This document shows, one piece after another, positions 27,379 through 39,441 of a stretch of 64,000 bases of DNA. The stretch lies in the NCBI GenBank assembly GCA_964016885.1, contig OZ024740.1, positions 241,180,001 to 241,244,000 on the forward strand, read 5' to 3'. The notes under the pieces are model-generated. The model did not search any database. It had not been told where the DNA came from and was given only the letters and a program-made list of their open reading frames with translations. The DNA comes from Eledone cirrhosa. Taxonomy: Eukaryota. Numbering within the stretch: position 1 is the stretch's first letter; each line of letters starts with the position of its first letter. The translations under genes were made by a program, and so were the position numbers.

Positions 27379-27382
<4 letters not shown>
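26830..27382. mobile_element. Fold-back PLE pLTR with ~210-bp inverted arms (26830-27039 / 27109-27324) in (TA)n
   Basis: Arms are near-perfect reverse complements; the right arm starts at CTGAAGA-GGTCAC..GTGAC and runs into an ORF start homologous to the 20290 element. Confidence 0.85.
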
Positions 27383-27431
<49 letters not shown>

Positions 27432-27699
27432 AATATGTTTTTGAAAGAGTGAGTATTTTTTGACTAAAGAAATTTTATGTTTAAATTTGGTGGGTTATCA
27501 CTGGGTCATTCACTGGCAATGTTTATCATGACGTAATATCAGAAAAGAACTCAACGCTATGCAACCCATCCATCTTCTGTGTTGAATCATGTTAGTGATG
27601 CAGGAACGGAGTAAATGTATCATAAAGTGAAATGACAGGAGGCCAAATATGTTGAATTTCCTTAATTTAAAAAAAAAAAAAAAAAAATTCATTCTGCAA

Positions 27700-27754
27700 A
27701 CACTATGCATATTTCAGAGGTTTTGCGTAAGAACCCGGTGACCTCATCAGGTGT
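27700..27754 (-). ncRNA. Type I hammerhead-like motif inside a unit with inverted ends (about 27620-27668 / 28459-28505)
   Basis: ACAC-CTGATGA-GGT...ACC(TCT)-GAAA-TATGCA-TA-GTGT. Confidence 0.55.
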
Positions 27755-28746
27755 AAATTGCGTAAAAGATGTATACTAACGGAATGATAGTAAACTTTAA
27801 GGAAACAAGTAAAGAAAAAACAGAGTAACAAGTTTGTGCTATGTTTTTGACCGAGAGACGGACGTAGTAGCATGCTGCCACATTGCTCGTCCGTCTCTGA
27901 GTGAGGTTATTTTTAACAAATCTTTCCTGTGTAAGGGTATGTATAGTTTACTTGGCGAATCAATACTGCCCCTCAACTCCAGCAGTCTTCGGACAGCAGG
28001 CCAGAGAAGGGGAAGGGTGAAGAATATCGTGTTACAGAGAATGGTAATTCGCCTGCGTCAAGTTAAGGTCTATGCACTCAGGGAATGTATACAATATACG
28101 GCGGGCGACCCAGGAACATATCAAGTAGAGACAAATTTCGGTTAGAAATGTATAGAAGTTGGAGTTAGGGTTAATTTTAGGAATTGAAAATTAAAACTGA
28201 GTGAACCAGTTACGTTAATGATTCCAATTATAGAGTTGTGTAAATCAGGGACCTAATTAGACAAATAACACACTGTTAGTTAAGCTAAGATCAGTTGCTA
28301 TCCGCTTCAGATTCCCCTCATAGTTCATTGTTATATTATATTACGATAGTAGTAAGGTATGGCGGTTAACAACAACTGAAGATGTCGACCCCCGCCCAAC
28401 ACACACAGGGGTCAAAGGTCCACCGACCGTGCCGAGTAACTACGGTTTACCGTAGAACAAATTAAGGACATTCAACATATTTGGCCTCCCGTCATTTCAC
28501 TTTATATATATATATATATATATGATGGACTCTTCCGTCGATATCCGACGTATGAGTGTCCAACCAAAGCTCAGCTCTCTGGATGGCGGTGTCTCATGCG
28601 ACATTTCAATCACGCCAGTGACAGCTTATGTTAGAACAGCCATCACACAGCAGTCGCCATAGTGCAGAGCTCCAGCTAGAGAATTCCAGTAGTATCCTCT
28701 ACCTGTCCCCATCACTGTCACCCCATCGCCTACGGACTCCGCCTGG

Positions 28747-28799
<53 letters not shown>

Positions 28800-28839
28800 C
28801 CTGTGTTGGCGAGACGCTCTGGTTGTTTTATTGTATAAT

Positions 28840-29100
28840 AGTAATGGGTAAGGGTAGTAAAGAGGATTGTGACAACTATCGAGGCATATTGTTGTTCTAT
28901 GTTGTAAGGAACGCTTTATGCAGGAGTTTTGTTGGATAGGTTGTTTACACACATTGCCAGTGATGCTCTTCCGTAATCCTAATGTGATTTTTGTGGAGAA
29001 CGTAGTATGGTTAATATGATCGTTTTTGCTAAACAATTGCACGAGAAGTGCTTAGGACAGGGTATTGATTTGTATCAAGTCTTTGTTGATCTTACTAAAT
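28840..29100 (+). pseudogene. RTE-like RT N-terminal fragment
   Basis: GKGSKEDCDNYRGILL; MIVFAKQLHEKC...LYQVFVDLTK. Confidence 0.8.
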
Positions 29101-29250
29101 CCGTTGCAAAACACTATAAGCCACTTGCATCTCTAAATAACTGTATTCGTACGCAACAACCAGATCTCAATCATCTCATGTTATTTGTTAACCATACTCG
29201 ATCATGGAGTGGCTGCCATCATATCTATATCTATATCTATCCATCTCCCC

Positions 29251-29318
<68 letters not shown>

Positions 29319-29539
29319 CGGATTAACAAATAATAGTTAAATGCAGTCCACTTAGGTGAAGTCCAGTTATGGTATTCCAGGTAGTGGATGATATTAACGC
29401 TTGGCTTGGTTTGACTCAACAAGGCGTTTTCATAGTGATGCTGCGGGTATGCTGTAATTCCTATGTTGTAAACACTTGGAGTAATAATAAATCAGGAAAG
29501 AAGGTTTACATGGTTTGCTATACAAAAAAGTTTTTAATC

Positions 29540-29654
29540 ACATAGCTTACATTTGTTTCACTGAACTGGTATGTCTAGAGATCGCTATCCGCCTAATTTT
29601 GCGTCACTCGATCGCCAATACAGAATTATAACCAGTCAGATCTTCGGAGCATGC
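29540..29654 (-). ncRNA. Same hammerhead in the inverted pLTR
   Basis: Reverse complement of 31557-31671. Confidence 0.75.
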
Positions 29655-30011
29655 GAGAATGAAGAAAATACACAGGCAAGAAAATAAAAGAAAATATGGA
29701 GTAGTTATGGCATTCAATTAGAACAATAAACAACAACAATTATTACAACAATGCTATCAATAAACTATTTAAGGAGACCCTGACATTACTTAGGTGGGGG
29801 GTATATAATGTATCTAATGTTACGGCGTGAAAACCAGCTGTCATAAGGCAAAAAGTATCGTAGTGTGTATCAATTTTAAATTATAAAGATAAGCTAGTTT
29901 TTACAGTCTTTCTCTTCATCTTCAACCGTATACATGAGTGGGACCACTGTCAAAGCTCAATAGTTGTAGAGTTAATACAGAGGTTAACGAATTAATATAC
30001 GCATACGAATT

Positions 30012-30817
30012 GAAACAGACAAAGGAAATACCTATGGTTCAACCCAATATTCAACTCCTCTATAAAAACTAGACTGCCCTCTATATTCTTTAAACTAATA
30101 GATAAACACTTCCCTATCTCGCATAGATATCACAAACTACTCAATAGATCTACTATAAAACTCTCTTTTTCAACAGCAGCTAACATAGAATCACACATAC
30201 GCAAGATCAACCGCAGAAATATCTCAAGTAAATCAATTGCACCTATACATAAGCACAAACTCATCACAACATCACAACCACAAGCGCATACAAACGCGCA
30301 GCAGCAAAACCCCATTGGGCATATATCACAACCCACTTATAACAGGGTACTAAATAGGAATGTAAAAGCTGCACATAATAGCGCCTCAAACTGCAACTGT
30401 CACCTCCCAGATAGGTGCCCATTGGCGAATAGATGTCTCGATTCGAGCCTGGTGTACATGTGCACTGTCATCTCGGGTAACTCCACTTGGAATTACATAG
30501 GATCCACCGCGGGTTCTTTTAAGAAAAGATGGTATGTGCACAGGCACTCGATGAAAAACCGAGCTCTTATGGGTTCCACCACCCTCGCCAGAAAAATATG
30601 GGAATTGAAGGACAGCAACGCTAGCTACACTATCAACTGGTCGAAGTTGTCGGCTGCTAAAACCTATAGTACAGGTATGTCCTATTGCGGGCTGTGTGAT
30701 CTTGAGCTATTGTATATCCTTAGAAATGTTAAAAGACTACTTAATAATAAGTTAGAAAGATCTATCTTCTGCAGGCATAGAATAGCCACTAAATTCATAA
30801 GATTCAAACCTCCGTGA
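30012..30817 (+). pseudogene. 5'-truncated duplicate of the ORF 3' part (linker + GIY-YIG)
   Basis: Matches 33523-34328 at an offset of 3511. Confidence 0.95.
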
Positions 30818-31137
30818 ATCGAACCAACATAACATAGCTTTAAATTAGGATACCTACTACCCACAAAAAATATATATTCATTAAGTAAGTCTATACCACA
30901 CAATAGTCTGTAAATACCTCATCTACCAACAATCTTACTCCTTCTCAGCTGCTGCAATCATTTGATCCTAGATCCTAGTTTTTCTCATTTCACTACTACA
31001 ATGTTACTTTACCTTCTTTTTGCCATATTACAATTAGCACGCTTTTCTCTTTGCATGTATGTATATTTTTGTACGAGTGTATATTAGTGTGTATGTATGT
31101 GTCTATGTACACATATATGTGTATATGTATTTATATT

Positions 31138-31200
<63 letters not shown>

Positions 31201-31556
31201 AGATATATGCGTATATTAATTCGTTAACCTCTGTATTAACTCTACAACTATTGAGCTTTGACAGTGGTCCCACTCATGTATACGGTTGAAGATGAAGAGA
31301 AAGACTGTAAAAACTAGCTTATCTTTATAATTTAAAATTGATACACACTACGATACTTTTTGCCTTATGACAGCTGGTTTTCACGCCGTAACATTAGATA
31401 CATTATATACCCCCCACCTAAGTAATGTCAGGGTCTCCTTAAATAGTTTATTGATAGCATTGTTGTAATAATTGTTGTTGTTTATTGTTCTAATTGAATG
31501 CCATAACTACTCCATATTTTCTTTTATTTTCTTGCCTGTGTATTTTCTTCATTCTC

Positions 31557-31671
31557 GCATGCTCCGAAGATCTGACTGGTTATAATTCTGTATTGGCGAT
31601 CGAGTGACGCAAAATTAGGCGGATAGCGATCTCTAGACATACCAGTTCAGTGAAACAAATGTAAGCTATGT
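31557..31671 (+). ncRNA. Type I hammerhead ribozyme (C4 variant, ~80-nt helix II) in the upstream pLTR
   Basis: GCATGCT-CCGAAGA-TCTGACTGGT...ACCAGTTCAGT-GAAAC-AAAT-GTA|AGCTATGT; predicted cleavage after 31663. Confidence 0.75.
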
Positions 31672-31943
31672 GATTAAAAACTTTTTTGTATAGCAAACCA
31701 TGTAAACCTTCTTTCCTGATTTATTATTACTCCAAGTGTTTACAACATAGGAATTACAGCATACCCGCAGCATCACTACGAAAACGCCTTGTTGAGTCAA
31801 ACCAAGCCAAGCGTTAATATCATCCACTACCTGGAATACCATAACTGGACTTCACCTAAGTGGACTGCATTTAACTATTATTTGTTAATCCGTATATTTA
31901 GCTCCCACCTGGTCGAGCAACACCATTAACGCACGGCAACAAC

Positions 31944-34328
31944 ATGGAGAAGCACTGTATAGGTATGTCACTAAAAAACATACCTGTACCTACAAAAAAG
32001 GACTATACACTGGGCATGATACGACGGACTAATGATTTCATCCGCAGGGTCCGATGGAAAGCTTACCATTTCGATAAGGGACCGAATACCAACAGAAGGG
32101 AATTTTCCAAGGAGAATTACGGGTTTAAATCCTGCAAAAACCCGCCAAACAACCCCGCACTCGATGCCTTCGAGCTGGACCTTATGAACATGATAAGTGA
32201 AACTAAATTTAAAAAAAGAACAAATCACAACAAATTGCAAAATGACTTAAACACATTACTTAAAAAACTAAAAGACACTAACGGTATCATAGTAAAAGCA
32301 GACAAAACATCAAACGTATACTCTATGGACATTAACACATACAATAACTTTATTCAGCGTGAACTACATAAAAAATATAAAAAAACAAATGAATCTACAC
32401 TCACCAGCATAAACATGGAGGGCCTCAAGATAGTTAATAAACTCGGAATTTCAGATAGGACCGAACCGCTTACCCCGTGCAACCCTACATTTAACTTGAA
32501 AGATCACAAAAATAACTTTGAAACTAATCCTACCATTAGATTAATATGCCCATCCAAGTCAGACATAGGTAAAATTAGCAAAAACATTCTAGATAGGGTA
32601 ATCGCACAAATAAAGGGTAAACTAGAAATCAATCTATGGGGCAACACTAACGAGGCAATTAAATGGTTCAATAAAATACAAAATAGGGATACGTGTAACT
32701 TCATACAATTTGATATAGACGACTATTATGCATCCATATCCCCAGCTACCCTAGATAAGGCGCTTATATTTGCCCAAAATAACTCTGATCTTACCCATGA
32801 TGAAATTGAAATAATAATAGCGGCTAGAAGGACTATCGTAAAATTTGAAAATAACTACTGGGTAAGAAAGGATAGAATAAATAGCTTCGATATTACAATG
32901 GGTTCAAATGATTCTGCGCAAATTACAGATATCGTGGGGCTATTCATAGCACACAACCTACATAAGGAATTCAGTAACCTCCAAGGAGGAATTTATAGGG
33001 ACGACACGTTACTTATAGCTAGGAACCTAAATAACCAGAGCATGGAAAGACTAAGGAAAAATATTAGAATATTCTTCAAAAAACTAGGCCTAAGTATTAC
33101 CTACGAACTAAACCATAAGAAGGTAAATTTTCTAGATGTAACTCTAAATCTAAATACTGGATTAATAGAACCTTTCCACAAAAATAATGAAAATCTTGCC
33201 TACATTAGTTACAACTCAAATCACCCCAAATCCATAATTAAATCCATAGCACGTAGTATATCCCTCCGAATATCCCGCCTATCCTCAAACCTAGAAATCT
33301 TTAACGAGCATGCTGACTATTATAATGCAGCATTAAGTAGGGCCGGTCATAAAGATAAACTACAGTATATAGTGAATAAGGACAACATAAACAATCCTAG
33401 TAATTTCTACTCCAACCGCTCACATAATAATAGGAATAGCTTGACTAGACATAGGGTTAGACATGTAACACCTAGAGTAAACGGCCAAATCACTAATAAC
33501 GTAAACCCTAGAAACAATAGAAGAAACAGACAAAGGAAATACCTATGGTTCAACCCAATATTCAACTCCTCTATAAAAACTAGACTGCCCTCTATATTCT
33601 TTAAACTAATAGATAAACACTTCCCTATCTCGCATAGATATCACAAACTACTCAATAGATCTACTATAAAACTCTCTTTTTCAACAGCAGCTAACATAGA
33701 ATCACACATACGCAAGATCAACCGCAGAAATATCTCAAGTAAATCAATTGCACCTATACATAAGCACAAACTCATCACAACATCACAACCACAAGCGCAT
33801 ACAAACGCGCAGCAGCAAAACCCCATTGGGCATATATCACAACCCACTTATAACAGGGTACTAAATAGGAATGTAAAAGCTGCACATAATAGCGCCTCAA
33901 ACTGCAACTGTCACCTCCCAGATAGGTGCCCATTGGCGAATAGATGTCTCGATTCGAGCCTGGTGTACATGTGCACTGTCATCTCGGGTAACTCCACTTG
34001 GAATTACATAGGATCCACCGCGGGTTCTTTTAAGAAAAGATGGTATGTGCACAGGCACTCGATGAAAAACCGAGCTCTTATGGGTTCCACCACCCTCGCC
34101 AGAAAAATATGGGAATTGAAGGACAGCAACGCTAGCTACACTATCAACTGGTCGAAGTTGTCGGCTGCTAAAACCTATAGTACAGGTATGTCCTATTGCG
34201 GGCTGTGTGATCTTGAGCTATTGTATATCCTTAGAAATGTTAAAAGACTACTTAATAATAAGTTAGAAAGATCTATCTTCTGCAGGCATAGAATAGCCAC
34301 TAAATTCATAAGATTCAAACCTCCGTGA
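31944..34328 (+). CDS. PLE polyprotein: reverse transcriptase + C-terminal GIY-YIG endonuclease (Neptune/Nematis-like by motif)
   Basis: Uninterrupted 794 aa: SLKNIP..F.RR.RWKA N-terminus; FDIDDYYASI, ITMGS, YRDD and VNFLDVTL RT motifs; WFNP linker; CNC..CPL..CL; LVY...YIGST..FKKRW..H; CGLC..E; CRH. Confidence 0.95.
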   Translation: MEKHCIGMSLKNIPVPTKKDYTLGMIRRTNDFIRRVRWKAYHFDKGPNTNRREFSKENYGFKSCKNPPNNPALDAFELDLMNMISETKFKKRTNHNKLQNDLNTLLKKLKDTNGIIVKADKTSNVYSMDINTYNNFIQRELHKKYKKTNESTLTSINMEGLKIVNKLGISDRTEPLTPCNPTFNLKDHKNNFETNPTIRLICPSKSDIGKISKNILDRVIAQIKGKLEINLWGNTNEAIKWFNKIQNRDTCNFIQFDIDDYYASISPATLDKALIFAQNNSDLTHDEIEIIIAARRTIVKFENNYWVRKDRINSFDITMGSNDSAQITDIVGLFIAHNLHKEFSNLQGGIYRDDTLLIARNLNNQSMERLRKNIRIFFKKLGLSITYELNHKKVNFLDVTLNLNTGLIEPFHKNNENLAYISYNSNHPKSIIKSIARSISLRISRLSSNLEIFNEHADYYNAALSRAGHKDKLQYIVNKDNINNPSNFYSNRSHNNRNSLTRHRVRHVTPRVNGQITNNVNPRNNRRNRQRKYLWFNPIFNSSIKTRLPSIFFKLIDKHFPISHRYHKLLNRSTIKLSFSTAANIESHIRKINRRNISSKSIAPIHKHKLITTSQPQAHTNAQQQNPIGHISQPTYNRVLNRNVKAAHNSASNCNCHLPDRCPLANRCLDSSLVYMCTVISGNSTWNYIGSTAGSFKKRWYVHRHSMKNRALMGSTTLARKIWELKDSNASYTINWSKLSAAKTYSTGMSYCGLCDLELLYILRNVKRLLNNKLERSIFCRHRIATKFIRFKPP

Positions 34329-34644
34329 ATCGAACCAACATAACATAGCTTTAAATTAGGATACCTACTACCCACAAAAAATATATATTCATTAAGTAAG
34401 TCTATACCACACAATAGTCTGTAAATACCTCATCTACCAACAATCTTACTCCTTCTCAGCTGCTGCAATCATTTGATCCTAGATCCTAGTTTTTCTCATT
34501 TCACTACTACAATGTTACTTTACCTTCTTTTTGCCATATTACAATTAGCACGCTTTTCTCTTTGCATGTATGTATATTTTTGTACGAGTGTATATTAGTG
34601 TGTATGTATGTGTCTATGTACACATATATGTGTATATGTATTTA

Positions 34645-34735
<91 letters not shown>

Positions 34736-35083
34736 GCGTATATTAATTCGTTAACCTCTGTATTAACTCTACAACTATTGAGCTTTGACAGTGGTCCCAC
34801 TCATGTATACGGTTGAAGATGAAGAGAAAGACTGTAAAAACTAGCTTATCTTTATAATTTAAAATTGATACACACTACGATACTTTTTGCCTTATGACAG
34901 CTGGTTTTCACGCCGTAACATTAGATACATTATATACCCCCCACCTAAGTAATGTCAGGGTCTCCTTAAATAGTTTATTGATAGCATTGTTGTAATAATT
35001 GTTGTTGTTTATTGTTCTAATTGAATGCCATAACTACTCCATATTTTCTTTTATTTTCTTGCCTGTGTATTTTCTTCATTCTC

Positions 35084-35198
35084 GCATGCTCCGAAGATCT
35101 GACTGGTTATAATTCTGTATTGGCGATCGAGTGACGCAAAATTAGGCGGATAGCGATCTCTAGACATACCAGTTCAGTGAAACAAATGTAAGCTATGT
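35084..35198 (+). ncRNA. Same hammerhead in the 3' pLTR
   Basis: Identical copy; predicted cleavage after 35190, 60 nt before the element ends in (TA)n. Confidence 0.75.
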
Positions 35199-35298
35199 GA
35201 TTAAAAACTTTTTTGTATAGCAAACCATGTAAACCTTCTTTCCTGATTTATATATATATATATATATATATCTGTGTGTGTGTGTGTGTATATATGTT

Positions 35299-35478
35299 AG
35301 GTCGCTAGTGAGTGTTACAGGTAACACATAACCCAGTAAAGCCTGTTCCATTGTTGCGTCGTTGGCGACTAAACCTCTCCAACCTTGCTTGGTGAGGTTG
35401 GGGATTTGGGACATTCTGCAGGATGAAAGACAAACCTGATAAAGGGCGGAAGAACTCATGACAATCAACGGCCACTCA
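35299..35478 (+). mobile_element. RTE-type 5' end fragment
   Basis: GGTCGC...CCCAGT...GTCGTTGGCGACTAAAC...; homologous to 53640-53829 (-). Confidence 0.6.
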
Positions 35479-35829
35479 ATAGTGTATGCATATGTATATA
35501 TTGTGTCGATGTGTAAGTAGGATTGTTTGTGGGTTTGTGGGTTTGTGGGATTGTTTGTGGATGCATGTGTGGTATGCATATATATAAATTTAAAAAATGT
35601 AACTTTTAAACTTTTAAATATTTTTTTTTCATTTCATTTTATCTTATCTAGCTATTTATTTGTTTATCTTATTTCTTTCTTTATTTATTTATCTGGAAAA
35701 AATCTGCGGTTGATACAGATACTAATTCTCTTGCATCTGCTTGTTATTGGATTTTGGCTATTGATAATTAGAGAGCAGAATTTGTGTAGCACAAACAGAT
35801 GCTGCTTTGATCTCCTTGCGTAGACATCT

Positions 35830-36600
35830 CTTTAAAGCCCCCTGTGGCGATGGGGAAGTAACAACTTACACATACCTAACAAGTTAGAGGTAAACAGTTG
35901 CTAATCTACACGCAGGCAGCTTAAGGCTTATCTAACGTCGTTACCAGTCTTTGGAATAGGCGAAGTCTTTTGTGACTGAGTAGCTCGTTCAAAGGAGAAC
36001 ACTGCTCACCCCAATATTGGGAAAGATCTAGGTAAAGTGACACAGATATTGTCTGTTTCACCATCAAGCTGGTTGACAGCTTTTCATACCTACAAGAAAA
36101 ACTAGAAGAACAATAGTAATTTTCAGAAGAAATTTCAAAAGAATAGAATTACATTGGATCCACATATCAAGAATGCAGACCTGCCACTGTAGGCAGAGAA
36201 TTGAGCAAGTATAATATTGATATAGCTACACTCCTGAAACTCGTCTTGGTGGCGAAGGCCATCTATCAAAGAAGGGTGCTGGTTATGCGTTCTACTGGAA
36301 AGGGAAACCAAATGGGTGGAGAAAAGGAATAGAGGAGCAGGTTTCGTTGTCTGGACAGAGATCACAAAACAGCTGGATCAACCACAAGGCATTAGTGATC
36401 GAATTATGCATCTGAGAGTTCCTCTTTCTAGGGGAGTTTCGTGATTGTCATTTCAGTGTATGGTCCTACCCTGGATAGTAGCCAGGAATCAATCCTAGCT
36501 TTTGACCAAAATTTATGAGAGTATATAACATCAATTCCATATTCAGGCAAGATCTTGTTTCTTGGAGATTTCAATGTAAGGGCGGGAAAGGAGTTTATTT
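35830..36600 (+). pseudogene. RTE-like AP-endonuclease fragment
   Basis: Frames give GRELSKYNIDIA, GAGYAFYWKG, GISDRIMHLRVP, VISVYGPT and FLGDFNVRAG. Confidence 0.8.
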
Positions 36601-36669
36601 TTAGTACACTTTCTATAGCCAACCTTTCTTGGCTGGCCATTGTTGTAAGAGGGAGCTTGTCGCTACTGC

Positions 36670-37455
36670 CCTTTTTTGTACTCCGTTTCATACTGTGGGT
36701 TCATCCGGGATCTTGGTTAGGAGAATGTCGAGGTGTTTCTTGAAAATATCTACATGCACACCATGTAGATCTTTTAGATTTGTTGGTAGCTTATTAAAGA
36801 ACTAGAGGGCTTTTTAACATCAGACTAATGCAGTATTTGGTATTTATTTCTGATGTGAGGGATGGGATGTTTGGCATTACACAGAGGGGTCCTGTTCATG
36901 GGTTGGTCCAGCTTTCAATGACGAAGTTTGATACTAGTTGTTCCAGGATCTTCCTTACGTATAGCATTGCATAGCCATCTCGTCTTCGCTCCAGGAAGTA
37001 GAGCTTTAGTACATAAAGCCTCGCCAAGTTACCCATCTCATTTATTAAGGCAACCCTCTTAGTGTAGCTCCATTCGATTGTTTCAAGTTCTATGGTTAGT
37101 TTGATTCTGTGGGGCGACCACAGCCAAGAGCAATAGTTCAGTCGGCTGAGGATAAAAGCCCTTCTGAGGACTAACATGATTTCCCGGTCTCTTGTCCTGA
37201 AAGTACTCAGAGTCTAGCCTGCCAGTCGTCTGCACATTGCCTGCATATTGGTGATGTGTGCATAAAACGATGCATCATTGCTCATGTCAACGTTCAGATC
37301 CCATACTGATTTCGACACGGGGATTTCGATTCCTCCTGTTCCGGTGTAGCCTTGTGTTTTCGGGTTGATAGCGGAGGGCTTGAAATTTTCCGGCATTAAA
37401 TTGCACATTGTTTTTCTCAGCCCATTTGTAATGGCATCTAAATCATGTTGTAATG
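36670..37455 (-). mobile_element. CR1-group LINE 3' fragment
   Basis: DLNVDMSNDASFYAHI; LSRLNYCSWLWSPH; LYFLERRRD. Confidence 0.8.
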
Positions 37456-39389
37456 TAAACTTTGTGGCACATATGTATGCTATAAAGATAGTGTAAACGT
37501 GAATGTCTGTGGCTTAGTGGTTACGGAATTCAGCTCACGATCGTAAGGTCATGAGTTCGAGAACCAGCGGCACGCTGCATCCTTGAGCCAAATCCCTAAT
37601 TTAATGTCTTTTCAATCTACTCAACTAGAAAATATTATTTATCTGCAATTCAATAAATACTTGTAATTTAAAAGGCCAGCTGCGCCCCATTGAATCTACT
37701 AGAAGCTACATTAAGAGAACACGTATCAGTGGAATGCTCAGCTACTTGAATGTTAATTTCACGAACCGGCTGTTTCGCTGCTCGATCAACTTACATCCAT
37801 CCCCAGAACCGACAAAGCTCCATCAATAACAAATGCAGGATAAGTTCTTTGTTATCTTGCAAAATATCCTAGAGTAATTATAAAACATGTATAGCAATAA
37901 CTCTTCCGAATATTTACGTTTATTTTAAAGGTGAATCGACAGAATCATTAAAGCAACGGAGAACATGTCTTGTACTATTCAGTTACGCCTCTTGACGTTC
38001 TGAATTCAAATCCCGTCTCGTGGTCAAATTTACCTTTTATCCTTTTGGGGTCGATGAAATAAATTGATAGTTAATTACTGGGATAGATCTAATCGACTAT
38101 ACTCATCCTCTAACATGTGTGGTCATGTTCTTATGCTGGAAATCGATATTTCAAATGAATTTAAATGATATTTATTTCTGTTTAGGGCATATCTAAAAAA
38201 GACATCAATATAAGATCCTTGACAAGATACGAATGTTGACTAGAGGAACTTTATGAATATCAAAGAACAAGTTTTCCGATGCGATCTTCTCTATATGAAA
38301 GTTATTCAGAAATGTTAACCACAGTTAATCCAGTTAATTACAATGTTATTTGGTTTGAAAATATTTCTAAACAAACGAATTGCATTTAGAATACACATAG
38401 ACTGTTATATTAACGTTTGTTTTATTATTATTTTGAAATAACATTGTATATTATTAGAGATCAAAGTTTTCATATTAGCTTTACAACCCGGTTACTTTTA
38501 ATTTACTTCACAGTATCTGTAAACTCAGCTATGGCGGAGACAGCCAAAATGAACATCTTAATTGCGGATTTCATAAAAAACAATTAGGAATATATTATGA
38601 GAAGAAGCACAACGAAGATGTTGTCTTCAACGTTTAACTAACTGACCCCGTTAGAGTTAGTCTATAGAATGAAGAGACGTTTCGAAAACATAAAATAATA
38701 TTGCAAACGGAGTTCGCCTTTCATACCATCAGCTATTTTGAAATAAGGCTATTAGAAATAGAAATAAGCTAAGTAAAGTTAGTTCATGTTACTATAAGAC
38801 TACATTTAATAGTAGAATGTTTATAGATGCTACACCCAATAGTGATACAAATAATACCTTTAATAAGATCTTAGAGGAAACTATAATATAGTAATATCAA
38901 ACTTGTGAAACAAACAAACAAACAAATAAAGAGACAAAATATATCAAAACAAAATAAAACAATAAAAAAGGAGATCCATTATATTTATCATCTATAAATA
39001 ATACCCTTTTGACAGAAAATATTTCAAGATGTGGGTTTAGATAACTCATTGAAGAAAACATTGTTAATATAATAAGGTGTCAGGAAGAAATATGTGCAAC
39101 TTCAGTGAATCTGATATAGAAGAAAAGTTAAAGGTTTGAAGAACACTGGAACAACTACATCAACATGAGACAATATGTAGTCTACCAACATGCGATAGCC
39201 AAACACAATGGATCGGTGAATAAAATCTTGGTGTGGATATTATATGAACACATGAAAAATGTCTAAAGCTCCGACTGATCACAGAATCAATGAGGATATA
39301 GAAGTAACAACATAACCGTAACTGTATGTCTGGGAGGTAGCCCAGGGCACTTTATACCATTGTATATACTATGGGAAAGAGGGAGATGA

Positions 39390-39441
<52 letters not shown>

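Larger units (their letters stand above)
29314..35250 (+). mobile_element. Young, apparently complete Penelope-like retroelement insertion (inverted pLTR, partial tandem copy, full ORF, 3' pLTR and tail) in (TA)n
   Basis: 29314-30005 is the reverse complement of 31206-31897 (one mismatch seen). 30012-31723 equals 33523-35250 except for microsatellite length. (TA)n lies on both flanks. Confidence 0.95.

Noticed and set aside
34326-34345. TGA stop of the PLE ORF as selenocysteine or read-through, as in some Naiad PLEs
   Set aside because: A TAA follows within five codons, there is no internal TGA, and I see no convincing SECIS stem in the 3' UTR.
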